From positions 1,600,001-1,664,000 of the forward strand of contig CAVQXP010000004.1 of the NCBI GenBank assembly GCA_963717935.1: a DNA stretch of 64,000 nucleotides. Reading direction: 5' to 3'. The notes beneath the pieces are model-generated. The model made no database searches, was not told where the DNA came from, and worked only from the letters and a program-made list of their open reading frames with translations. This document shows, one piece after another, positions 22,991 to 32,491 of the stretch. Made by a program: the position numbers and the translations under genes. Every line of letters begins with the position of its first letter. Position 1 is the stretch's first letter. This stretch comes from Candidatus Eiseniibacteriota bacterium (GTDB taxonomy: Bacteria > Eisenbacteria > RBG-16-71-46).

Positions 22991-24187
22991 ATGCGCTCCG
23001 TACTCACCCCGCGTCTCGCGCTGCTCACCACGGCGCACTTCACCGTCGATGTGTACTCCTCGTTCTTCTCGCCGCTGCTGCCGCTGCTGGCCCTGCGCCT
23101 GCACCTGAACCTGGCGATGGTGGGCACGCTGGTGGCGCTGGCCTCGCTCTCGTCCGCGTTCTCGCAGCCGCTCTTCGGGCTGGTGGCGGACCGCATACGC
23201 CGCCCGTGGCTGATCGGCTTCGGACCGCTGGTGGCAGCCGTGTTCATGAGCGCGGTGGGGCTGGCGCCCTCGTACGCGGCGCTGGTCGTGATCCTGATGG
23301 TGGGGGGTCTGGGGATCTCCTGGTTCCACCCGCAGTCGGCGGTGCTGGCCACGCAGTCATCGGAGCGCCGCTCGCTCGCCATGTCGGTGTTCATCACGGG
23401 TGGCACGCTGGGTGGCTCGCTGGGTCCGCTCATCTCGGTGACGGTGGTGGGCTGGGTCGGGCTCGAGCGCTCGTGGGTGGTGATGTTCCCGGGGCTGGCG
23501 CTGGCCGCAGTGCTGATGGTGGCGCTGAGGCGCCTGCACGGCGCCGGGCGCGAGCCGGGCGGGGCGGGTACCGCCTCCGGTGCCGGCGCGCCGCCGCTGC
23601 GGGCGCTGAAGCCGGTGCTCCGGCCGCTGACGTTGCTCTACATCGCGGTGGTGGCGCGCTCGGCCGTCTCGTACGGGTTCATGACCTTCCTGCCGATCCA
23701 CCTGCACCGGCTGGGCCATTCGGTCGCATTCGGGGGCACGGCGCTCACGGCCTACCTCTCGATGGGGGCGCTGGGGGGGTTCCTGGGCGGCTGGCTGGCG
23801 GAGAAGGTCGGTGGCCGGGCGGTGGTGGTGCGGTCGTTCGTGGGCGCGATCCCGTTCTTCCTCGCGTTTCTGGTGCTGCCCACGGGGCCCGGGCTGGTCT
23901 GCCTGGTGATCGGTTCGTTCATCGTGCAGGGCTCGCTGCCGGTGAACATCGTGCTCGGGCAGGAGCTGGCGCCACGGCACTCCTCGACCATCTCGAGCCT
24001 GCTGATGGGCGCGGCCTGGGGCGTGGGGGCGCTGCTGGTCGCGCCGATCGGCGTGCTGGCCGACGCGTTCGGGATCGTCGTGGCGCTGACGGCGCTCACC
24101 GGGTTCCTGCTGGTCGGGCTGGTCTGCGGCCTGGCGCTGCCCTCGCCGCGCGAGCAGGCACGGCTCGCGGAACTGACGCACGCCTGA
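22991..24187 (+). CDS. MFS transporter (Fsr-like)
   Basis: HFTVD.Y, SQPLFG..ADR, GLGISWFHP, GGTLG; about 12 TM segments. Confidence 0.9.
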   Translation: MRSVLTPRLALLTTAHFTVDVYSSFFSPLLPLLALRLHLNLAMVGTLVALASLSSAFSQPLFGLVADRIRRPWLIGFGPLVAAVFMSAVGLAPSYAALVVILMVGGLGISWFHPQSAVLATQSSERRSLAMSVFITGGTLGGSLGPLISVTVVGWVGLERSWVVMFPGLALAAVLMVALRRLHGAGREPGGAGTASGAGAPPLRALKPVLRPLTLLYIAVVARSAVSYGFMTFLPIHLHRLGHSVAFGGTALTAYLSMGALGGFLGGWLAEKVGGRAVVVRSFVGAIPFFLAFLVLPTGPGLVCLVIGSFIVQGSLPVNIVLGQELAPRHSSTISSLLMGAAWGVGALLVAPIGVLADAFGIVVALTALTGFLLVGLVCGLALPSPREQARLAELTHA

Positions 24188-24234
24188 CGGGGGTGGCGGG
24201 GCTGCGGTTCGAGCCCACCGGCCCCCGCAACGCC

Positions 24235-24263
24235 GCGCGGCCCGCCATGACGACGGGCCGCGC
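24235..24263. terminator. Stem-loop between convergent genes
   Basis: GCGCGGCCCG...CGGGCCGCGC. Confidence 0.4.
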
Positions 24264-24280
24264 TCGCGTCCTGCGGGGGA

Positions 24281-24634
24281 CTACGTCTGCTTGCGCCGGC
24301 GCCGGCGCTGCTGGCCGAAGATCGAGTCCAGGTAGGCGCTCACCTCGGTGCGCACGATGCCGGGGATGATCTGTCGCATCTTGTTCTGCACCTCGCTGCG
24401 GACCTGCGCGCTGAGATCGCCCGCGGCCGGGCGGGCCACGACGACCGCCGCGCCTCCGGCCCCGCGCCTGCGCGCGACGCCGGACTTCTTCCGCCACGAG
24501 TAGTACGTCACCGGGGTGACGCCGAACTTCTTCTGAACCTGCGCTGCCGTGAGCTTCTCGGCCTTCGCTGCGGCGAGCACCTTCGCACGCTGCTCGGGTG
24601 TGTACTCCGTACGCTTCTTACGTGTCTTGGCCAT
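24281..24634 (-). CDS. Small basic HTH protein (transposase-OrfA-like N-terminus), candidate DNA-binding protein
   Basis: YTPEQRAKVL...TAAQVQKKFGVTPVTYYSWRKK; AGGAGG SD; Lys/Arg-rich termini. Confidence 0.75.
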   Translation of the reverse strand: MAKTRKKRTEYTPEQRAKVLAAAKAEKLTAAQVQKKFGVTPVTYYSWRKKSGVARRRGAGGAAVVVARPAAGDLSAQVRSEVQNKMRQIIPGIVRTEVSAYLDSIFGQQRRRRRKQT

Positions 24635-25012
24635 GTGGCCTCCTATTCCGAGGGGGGGAGATATGCAACTTGGGAGAATAGGCCATATCGGTGTTCTGGA
24701 GTCAATGGAGATGGCAAGCGAATTGACGCGTGCCTTACATTCTGGATATCAGATGCGGTGCTCCGGACGCTGAATACGAAGTCGTCTCTCTCGATCGTCC
24801 CGGATCGCGTCGGTGGCCCGTGCCAGTGCCGACGCGCTTGTGCAACGTCGAAAGCGAACACGACGGGCGCAGGCAGGAGGCACGCGGGGTCGCCCGAGGT
24901 GGCGCTGGCGCACGGGCGGCAAAGCCCATAGACTCCGCCCGCATCCTGTTCCACGGAGTGCCGTAGATACGGAGCGCAAGACGGGCCGCATGAGCGGCCG
25001 CGGGAGTTCCTC

Positions 25013-25468
25013 ATGAGTGACGCGCCCCTGAAGCCGCCCACGCACAGCACCAGCCACGCCACGCTCAATCTCGAGACCGTCGAGGGCACGCGCATGCGCT
25101 TCGGCGTGCGCGTCGGCGAGCACGCCTTCCAGTTCGACGCCGGCCCCGAGGCCGAGGGCCCCAGCCCGATGCAGGTCGTGCCGGCCGCGCTCGGCGGCTG
25201 CACGGCGATGGACGTCATCAGCATCCTGCGCAAGAAGCGCCAGGCCGTCACGGGCTACGAGGTCGAGGTCGTGGCCGAGCGCCGCATGGACCAGCATCCG
25301 AAGACCTTCACGCGGATGGAGATCGTCCATCGAGTGCGCGGCCGGGGCATCAGTCCGGCGGCGGTGGCCGAGGCGGTCGAGTTGAGCGACACGAAGTACT
25401 GTGGCGTTCACGCCATGCTGGAGCCCAAGGTCGCGATCACGAGCCGCTACGAGATCATCGAGGAGTGA
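25013..25468 (+). CDS. OsmC/YhfA-family protein
   Basis: GPSPM...ALGGCTAMDVISILRKKRQ and KYC motifs. Confidence 0.9.
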   Translation: MSDAPLKPPTHSTSHATLNLETVEGTRMRFGVRVGEHAFQFDAGPEAEGPSPMQVVPAALGGCTAMDVISILRKKRQAVTGYEVEVVAERRMDQHPKTFTRMEIVHRVRGRGISPAAVAEAVELSDTKYCGVHAMLEPKVAITSRYEIIEE

Positions 25469-25537
25469 GGCGCGGGCCCGGCCCGGAGCCGGGTGCGCCC
25501 TGGAGAGGACGTCGGCGTCGGCCGCGCGAGGTGGACG

Positions 25538-26938
25538 ATGAGCGGATCCCGCATCGAGAAGGACAGCATGGGCGAGATGAAGGTGCCCGCGGCGGCCCTC
25601 TACGGCCCGCAGACGCAGCGCGCCGTGGAGAATTTCCCGGTCTCGGGCGAGCCCATGCCGGTGGAGTTCATCCACGCGCTGGGGCTGCTCAAGCAGGTCG
25701 GCGCGCGGGTGAACGCCGGTCTCGGGCTGCTCGATCCCGCCCTTGCCGCGGGCATCGAGCAGGCCGCCGCCGAGGTGGGGGGGGGCCGGTGGGACGCCGA
25801 GTTCCCGGTCGACGTCTTCCAGACCGGCAGCGGCACCAGCACCAACATGAACGCCAACGAGGTGATCGCCCGGCGCGCGGGCGAGATCCTCGGCCGCAGG
25901 GTCCACCCCAACGACCACGTCAACCTGGGCCAGAGCAGCAACGACGTGATCCCCACCGTGCTCCACGTCTCGGCGGTGCTGGGGATCGAGCGGCAACTCG
26001 TCCCCGCGCTCGAGCACCTGCGCGCGGCCCTGGCGGAGAAGGCGCGGGCCTGGGACGGCATCATCAAGACCGGACGAACGCACCTGATGGATGCGACGCC
26101 GATCCGGCTGGGGCAGGAGTTCGGGGGCTACGCCTCGCAGGTCGAGCACGGCATCGCGCGGCTGAAGGCCGTGCTGCCCGACCTGCGCGAGCTGGCGCTG
26201 GGTGGCACCGCCGTCGGCACCGGGCTCAACACGCACCCGGAGTTCGCCAGACGCGTGGCCGCGGAGCTTTCGCGCGTCGCCGGCACGGAGTTCCGAGAGG
26301 CGGCGGACCACTTCGAGGCGCAGGCTTCGCAGGACGCCGCGACCTGGGCGAGCGGCGCCCTGAACACGGTGGCCGCGAGTCTGATGAAGATCGCCAACGA
26401 CCTGCGACTCCTGAACTCCGGTCCGCGCTGCGGCCTGGCCGAGGTCGCCCTGCCGGCGGTCCAGCCCGGTTCGAGCATCATGCCGGGCAAGGTGAACCCG
26501 GTCATCTGCGAGTCCGTGATCCAGGTGGGGGCGCAGGTGATGGGCAACCACGTCGCGGTCACGGTCGGCACCCAGTGGGGGCAGCTCGACCTGAACACCA
26601 TGCTGCCGCTCATCGCCCGCAACCTGCTCGAGAGCATCCGGCTGCTGGCGAACGTGGCGCGGGTGTTCGCCGACAAGGCCATCGCCGGTCTGGTCGCGAA
26701 CGAGGAGACCTGCCGCGGCTACGTCGAGATCTCGCCCGGCATGGCCACGGCGCTGAACCCGCTCATCGGCTACGACCGGGCGGCCGAGATCGCCAAGCGC
26801 GCGTTCCAGGAGCGGCGCCCGGTGCGCGAGCTGGCGAAGGAGATGACGGACCTCACACCGGAGCAGATCGAGCAGGCTCTGGACCCGAGGCGGCAGACCG
26901 AGCCCGGCCTGGGACCGGACGGGGGCGGGGGCGGATGA
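25538..26938 (+). CDS. fumC: Class II fumarate hydratase
   Basis: RIEKDSMG, FQTGSGTSTNMNANE, QSSND, GRTHLMDATP, GSSIMPGKVNP. Confidence 0.95.
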   Translation: MSGSRIEKDSMGEMKVPAAALYGPQTQRAVENFPVSGEPMPVEFIHALGLLKQVGARVNAGLGLLDPALAAGIEQAAAEVGGGRWDAEFPVDVFQTGSGTSTNMNANEVIARRAGEILGRRVHPNDHVNLGQSSNDVIPTVLHVSAVLGIERQLVPALEHLRAALAEKARAWDGIIKTGRTHLMDATPIRLGQEFGGYASQVEHGIARLKAVLPDLRELALGGTAVGTGLNTHPEFARRVAAELSRVAGTEFREAADHFEAQASQDAATWASGALNTVAASLMKIANDLRLLNSGPRCGLAEVALPAVQPGSSIMPGKVNPVICESVIQVGAQVMGNHVAVTVGTQWGQLDLNTMLPLIARNLLESIRLLANVARVFADKAIAGLVANEETCRGYVEISPGMATALNPLIGYDRAAEIAKRAFQERRPVRELAKEMTDLTPEQIEQALDPRRQTEPGLGPDGGGGG

Positions 26939-27951
26939 GCTCGCCCGGCCCCGTCCCGCCACCGCCCGGCCCCGACGGGCTCCCCACGCGTCTCGAGATG
27001 GCGGCGCGCCTCGACGACGCCGTCGGCCGCGTGAGCGCGGTCGCCCATCGCACGCCGGTCGCCACCTCGCGCACGCTCGACCGGCTCACCGGCGCGAGCG
27101 TGTTCCTCAAGTGCGAGAACCTGCAGCGCATGGGGGCGTTCAAGTTCCGCGGGGCCTACAACACCATCTCGCGGCTCGCGCCCGAAGCGCTGAAGCGCGG
27201 CGTGATCGCCTACTCGTCGGGCAACCACGCGCAGGCCGTCGCGCTGGTCGCGCGCATGCTCGAGGCCCCGGCGGTGATCGTGATGCCGAGCCACGCGCCG
27301 CGGCCGAAGCTCGAGGCCACTCGCGGCTATGGCGCCGAGGTCGTCTTCTACGACGTGCTGGGCAAGGAGCGCGAGGCCCTGGCTGCGCGGCTCGCCACCG
27401 AGCGCGGGCTGACCCTCATCCCGCCCTTCGACCACCCGGACATCATCGCCGGGGCGGGCACGGCCGCGGTCGAGCTGTTCGAGGACGCCGGGCCGATGGA
27501 CCTGCTGCTGGTGCCGGTCGGAGGTGGCGGGCTCATCTCGGGCTCGGCGCTGGCCGCGGATCTGAGGTGCGGCGAACGCTGCCGCGTGATCGGCGTGGAG
27601 CCCGAGGCGGGCGACGACGCCTGTCGCTCGTTCCGCGAGGGCCGGATCGTGCGCATCGAGCCGCCCGTGACCATCGCCGACGGCGCGCGCACGCCGTGCG
27701 TGGGGCCGCTCACCTTCGAGATGATGCGCCGCCACGTGGACGAGATGACGAGCGTCCCCGACGCGGCGCTGATCGAGACCCTGCGCTTCGTCTGGGAGCG
27801 CATGAAGCTCGTGGTCGAGCCGACCGGGGTGCTGGGCCTGGCCGCGCTGCTCACCGGCCAGGTGCGCGCCGAGGGCAAGCGCGTGGGCGTCATCCTCTCG
27901 GGCGGGAACGTCGAGCTGGCGCGGGCCGCGGACTGGTTCGCGGCAGGCTGA
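26935..27951 (+). CDS. PLP-dependent serine/threonine ammonia-lyase family (threo-3-hydroxyaspartate ammonia-lyase-like)
   Basis: KCENLQRMGAFKFRGA, SSGNHAQ, VGGGGL, VEPTG, LSGGN; ATGA overlap with fumC. Confidence 0.9.
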   Translation: MSSPGPVPPPPGPDGLPTRLEMAARLDDAVGRVSAVAHRTPVATSRTLDRLTGASVFLKCENLQRMGAFKFRGAYNTISRLAPEALKRGVIAYSSGNHAQAVALVARMLEAPAVIVMPSHAPRPKLEATRGYGAEVVFYDVLGKEREALAARLATERGLTLIPPFDHPDIIAGAGTAAVELFEDAGPMDLLLVPVGGGGLISGSALAADLRCGERCRVIGVEPEAGDDACRSFREGRIVRIEPPVTIADGARTPCVGPLTFEMMRRHVDEMTSVPDAALIETLRFVWERMKLVVEPTGVLGLAALLTGQVRAEGKRVGVILSGGNVELARAADWFAAG

Positions 27952-27999
27952 GCGCGGCGCCGGCCTGCGGGCCAGGACTTCGAGGACGAAGGTCCGCCG

Positions 28000-29193
28000 C
28001 TACTTGATCCCCGCCTTGGCCAGCGCCTCGCGCAGGACCTCCTCCTCGCGCACGCCCTGGAAGTACGAGCTGATCTTGCCATCCTTGCCGATCACGACCA
28101 ACGTCGGGATGGCATCGGCCTGGTAGAGCCGCGCGGCCTCGCCCTTCGGGTCGAGCAGGATGGGCATGGTGTAGGGGTTCCTGGCGAGGAAGGCCTTCAC
28201 GGTGGCGGGATCCTCGGCGTAGTTGACGCCGAAGACCACCAGGCCCTTGGCCTTGAACTCCTTGTGGAGCGTCTCGACGCGCGGCATCTCGACGCGGCAC
28301 GGCCGGCACCAGGTGGCCCAGAAGTCGAGCAGCACGACCTTGCCCTTGTAGGAGGCGAGCGAGACGGTGCTGCCCTTGACGCCCTTGAGCGTGAACGGCG
28401 GCGCGGGCTGGCCGATCAGCGGGGACGGGGTCTCGGGGGGAGCCTGCGGGCCGAACGTCTGAACGAGCTTCGCGTCCGGCGGAGGGGTGAAGACGAAGAG
28501 CGAGTCGGGCAGTGCCTCGTTCACGCGGCCGAGCGCGAAGCTCGTGACCTGGTCCATCACCAGGCCCGCGCCGGTCGCCGGGTTGCGCATGCTGATGCTC
28601 GTGCTGTCGCGCAGCACCAGCGCGCGGGCCTTCTCCACCCAGAAGGTGGCGATGGCGCGCGCGGAGCTGTCGGCGGCGAGCGCCTGGGGCGGCGTCATGT
28701 CGCAGCGCACCACCCAGCAGTCGGCGGGCGTGCCGCCGACCGTGAGCCGCTGCTCGCCCGTGAGTTCGGCGGTCTTGAGGCCGTGGAGCAGATCGAAGTA
28801 GCGCGTGAGCGGCGAGTTCTGCGGCGGCTTCGGCATGCGGGTGCTGTCCGGCGCGGCTTCCACCGGATTCTGCGTGTACTGGTTGAGCGAGTAGACGTAG
28901 GTCGAGAGCTGCCTGCCGTCCGAGACGGCCAGCCCGCCCATCTGGGGATGGCGGATGTCCACCCGCAGGCGTCCCGCGCGGTCGGCCGCCACGTCCAGCG
29001 GCACGTCCGCGGTCTGGTCCACGCCAGCGCCGCTCATGCGGATGCTCATCACGCCCTCGAAGTGGTAGGTCGCGAGGGCGCGATAGGCATCGCTCACCTT
29101 CTGGAGCAGGGCGCGCGCGTCGGGCGCCGGCTCGGCCCGCACCGGGCCGGCGAGAGTGAGGGCGAGCACCGCGGCCAGGATGGGCTTGAACAT
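28000..29193 (-). CDS. Secreted redoxin: LolA-like (DUF2092-type) N-terminal domain plus TlpA thioredoxin domain
   Basis: Signal peptide; F.FTPPPDAK end of the LolA-like domain; DFWATWCRPC active site. Confidence 0.85.
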   Translation of the reverse strand: MFKPILAAVLALTLAGPVRAEPAPDARALLQKVSDAYRALATYHFEGVMSIRMSGAGVDQTADVPLDVAADRAGRLRVDIRHPQMGGLAVSDGRQLSTYVYSLNQYTQNPVEAAPDSTRMPKPPQNSPLTRYFDLLHGLKTAELTGEQRLTVGGTPADCWVVRCDMTPPQALAADSSARAIATFWVEKARALVLRDSTSISMRNPATGAGLVMDQVTSFALGRVNEALPDSLFVFTPPPDAKLVQTFGPQAPPETPSPLIGQPAPPFTLKGVKGSTVSLASYKGKVVLLDFWATWCRPCRVEMPRVETLHKEFKAKGLVVFGVNYAEDPATVKAFLARNPYTMPILLDPKGEAARLYQADAIPTLVVIGKDGKISSYFQGVREEEVLREALAKAGIK

Positions 29194-29331
29194 GGAGGCA
29201 TTCCTTTGGGCTGAGGTCGGTCGGGCGGCAGATGTGGCGGAGAAGAGTACCCCGCGGGAGCGGGGCGCGTCCAAGGGGGTGTGGAGCGCTGCGGGTCCGC
29301 CTCCGGGGTGCTCCGCGCCCGCGCGCGCGGG

Positions 29332-30974
29332 TCAGGCCCCCGCGAGCCTGGCGAGCGCGGCCGCGACGCCGCGCTCGAGGTGCAGCCGCACGAGCCGCCG
29401 GCCGCGCTTGGCCAGCACCTCGTAGTCCCCGGCGGCCTGCGCGCGGCGCAGCATGCCGAAGCTGTACGGTTCGCCCGGGATCGGGACGTCCGGGCCCTCG
29501 TCCGCGGTGATCTGCAGGAAGAGGCCACGGTCGGGCCCGCCCTTGTGCAACTGGCCGGTCGAGTGCAGGAAGCGCGGGCCGATGCCGAGCGTGGTCGCGA
29601 GCCCGGAGCGCCCGCCCGCCGCCACGCGCAGGCGCTGGAGCGCCTGGTCCACCGCGGGCGTGACGTGCAGGTAGGCGAGCAGCGCGAGGTAGTCGCCCGG
29701 GCGCGCCAGCGACAGGAGTGCCGCGAGCGCCGCACCGGGCTCGCAGGCCCCCGCCTCGCGCAACGCACGCTCGGCCGGGCCCGCCGCGTGGAGGCTCCAG
29801 CCGTCGCCGTGTGCCAGCGGCACCTCCGCGGGGAAGCGGCCCCCGGCGAGCGCGCGGTCGAGCACGGCCTGGGTCGCCTGCTTGGCTTCGGAGACGTTGG
29901 GCTCGTCGAAGGGGTCCACGCCCAGCACCGCGGCCGCGGTCGCGGTGGCGATCTCCCAGCGCAGGAAGGCCGCGCCCAGGTCGCGCGGTGCATCGAGGTC
30001 GAGCAGCCAGGCGGGGCCGTCGCGATGCGCGATCGGCCGGCCCAGGCCGGGGTCGAGGTCGGGGGTCGCGACGAAGGCGCGGTCCGGGCGGGCGAGTACG
30101 GCGGGGCCGGGCGCCTCGCCGTCCACGGGCACGACGCCGTGGCCGTCCTTGCCCGTGCTCTCGGCGACCAGTTGCTCGACCCAGGCGCCGAACGGTGCCC
30201 AACGGGGGCCGAAGGCGAGCGTGAGCTTGTCCTGGCCGGCGAGTGCCGCCTCGCCCACCGCGGCGCCGAAGGCCACGCCCGCGCCGCCGGCCGTGTCGCG
30301 CCGGGCTTCGTCCAGCTCGCGCGCCGCGCTCTCGAGCAGTGCGGCGGGGCTCGCGCCGATGAGCGCGGTGGGCACCAGCCCGAAGAGCGAGAGCGCGGAG
30401 TAGCGTCCGCCCACGTCGGGCGGGTTCAGGAACACCCTGCGGTAGCCGCGCTCGGCGGCGCGCCGCGCCAGCGGGCTCCCGGGGTCGGTGATGGCGACGA
30501 AGGCGCGGCCGGCATCGGCCCCGCGCGCCGCGCGCGTCCACTCGAAGAAGTACTTCTCGAAGGAGGCGACCTCGATGGTGCCGCCCGATTTCGAGGAGAC
30601 CAGGAAGAGCGTGTGCCGGGGATCGTGCGCAACCGCGACGGCGCGCACCGCGGCGGGGGAGGTGTTGTCGAGCACCGTGAGGTCGAGGAACCCGGGTGCC
30701 ACGCCGAGCATGCGCCGCAGGACCTCGGGCGCGAGGCTCGAGCCGCCCATGCCGAGGAGCACGGCGTGGGTGAAGCCGTCGGCCCGGACCTCGGCCGCGA
30801 AGGCCTCGAGCCCCGCGACCTCGCCGCGCATGCCCGCGGGCAGGTCGAGCCAGCCCAGGCGGTTCGCCGCGACCTTCTGATGCGCGGCCTCCGCGCTCCA
30901 GAGCGTTCGGCGTCCTTCCGCCAGAGCCGGGCGGCGAACTCCCCGCGCCGCGCGCTGTCCCAGCCCGCGCCCAC
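29332..30974 (-). CDS. pgi: Glucose-6-phosphate isomerase (Tal/Pgi-type), one frameshift near 30905
   Basis: RLWRKDA|TLW...NRLGWL across frames; GMGGSSL, SSKSGGT, GGRYSAL, EQLVAESTGK, GPRFLHSTGQLHKGG. Confidence 0.85.
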
Positions 30975-30975
30975 G

Positions 30976-32109
30976 CTAGCCCGCCATCCGCGCGCGTTTC
31001 TCCTCGAGCGTGGCGAGCAGGGACTCGAACGACTTCACGAACGCCGTGACACCTTCCTCCTCGAGCTGGCCGATGAGGCCGTCCACCGGCACGCCCAGCT
31101 CGGGCAGGCGCCGGAACAGCGCGCGGGCCTCGTTCACGTCGCGCAGCAGCCGCGGGTCGAGCACGCCGTGGTCGTTGTAGGCCGCCAGCGTCCCGGGCGG
31201 GATCGTATTCACCGTGTCGGGGCCGATCAGCTCGTCCACGTAGAGCGTGTCGCGGTAGGCCGGGTTCTTGGTGCTGGTCGAGGCCCAGAGCGGGCGCTGC
31301 ACCCGCGCGCCGCGCGCGGCGAGCGCGTGGAAGCGCGGCGCATCGAAGACCTCGCGGAAGCGCGCGTAGGCCAGCTTCGCGTTGGCGACCGCGGCCTGGC
31401 CCCGCAGGTCCGCGAGCTCGACGTGCTCGACCGAGTCCGCGGGCAGCGTGGCCAGGCGCTGCTCGATCGCGGCGTCCACCTTGCTGTCCACGCGCGAGAC
31501 GAAGAACGAGGCCACCGAGACGACCGGCTCGAGCGGCTGGCGCCGGGCCGCGCGCGACTCGAGCCCGGAGAGATAGGCGTCCATCACCTGCTCGTAGCGC
31601 GCGAGCGAGAAGATGAGCGTGACGTTCACGCAGGTGCCCTCGTCGATCAGCGTGCGGGCCGCCGGCAGGCCCTCGGCCGTGGCGGGCACCTTGATCATCA
31701 CGTTCGCGCGGGCCACCGCGGTCCGGAGCCGGCGCGCCTCCTCGACCGTGCCGTCGGTGTCGTGCGCGAGCCGCGGGTTGACCTCGATGCTCACCCGGCC
31801 GTCGAGCCCGCCGCTCCTCTCGAACACCGGCAGGAGCGCGTCGCAGGCGGCCTGCACGTCCTCGACGGCGATCGACTCGTAGAGCGGCACGCCCGCGAGG
31901 CTGCGGGCGAGCCGCTCGCGGATGGCCGCGTCGTAGTCGGTGCCCTGGCCGATGGCCTGCTGGAAGATGGTCGGGTTCGAGGTCACGCCGACGACGCCCT
32001 GGTCGCGGACCTGCGCGGCGAAGACCCCGGACTGGAGTTCGCGGCGGTGGATGTAGTCGAGCCAGACGCTCTGGCCGAGGTCGAGCAGTTGCTGGGCGCG
32101 ACTGGGCAT
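30976..32109 (-). CDS. tal: Transaldolase
   Basis: GQSVWLD, GVTSNPTIF, MIKVPAT, NVTLIFS, SFFVSRVD, LWASTSTKNP. Confidence 0.95.
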   Translation of the reverse strand: MPSRAQQLLDLGQSVWLDYIHRRELQSGVFAAQVRDQGVVGVTSNPTIFQQAIGQGTDYDAAIRERLARSLAGVPLYESIAVEDVQAACDALLPVFERSGGLDGRVSIEVNPRLAHDTDGTVEEARRLRTAVARANVMIKVPATAEGLPAARTLIDEGTCVNVTLIFSLARYEQVMDAYLSGLESRAARRQPLEPVVSVASFFVSRVDSKVDAAIEQRLATLPADSVEHVELADLRGQAAVANAKLAYARFREVFDAPRFHALAARGARVQRPLWASTSTKNPAYRDTLYVDELIGPDTVNTIPPGTLAAYNDHGVLDPRLLRDVNEARALFRRLPELGVPVDGLIGQLEEEGVTAFVKSFESLLATLEEKRARMAG

Positions 32110-32353
32110 GGGATCTCCTGTGGCATGGCTTCGGGAGACCGCGCCGCGCGGCGCGGAACCCGGATGGAGGTCGGAGCATCAAAGGGCACTGATTCACGGC
32201 CAAGATGCGCCCGGGCAAGGGCCCGATGCAAGGAGGCGCGCTGCGGAACGGCGCGGTCCCCGGGAGTGGTGGAGGGCGAGCAGAGGCACCATGCGCTCGC
32301 CCCGCGCCACTCCCGGGGACCGCTTGCGCTGTGCTTCGCACCCCCACTGCCGT

Positions 32354-32382
32354 TTGATGCCCCGGCGAGCGGACGCTACCAT
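32354..32382 (+). promoter_or_regulatory. Putative sigma70 promoter (TTGATG-N17-TACCAT) for pckG
   Basis: Consensus-like hexamers with 17-nt spacer, 110 nt upstream of the ATG. Confidence 0.5.
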
Positions 32383-32491
32383 GCCCGCGTGATTCGAAGG
32401 GCCGAGTCGAGGTCATCCCGAGGCCGCCCACCCCAGTCTCCCGCCGCCAGTTTCCTGGCCGGCCCGGGGGCGTCACCGTAGGACGGACGAC

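Noticed and set aside
25465..26934. Apparent 490-aa N-terminal extension of the ammonia-lyase
   Set aside because: An alternative frame of fumC; the real start is the ATG at 26935 overlapping the fumC stop.
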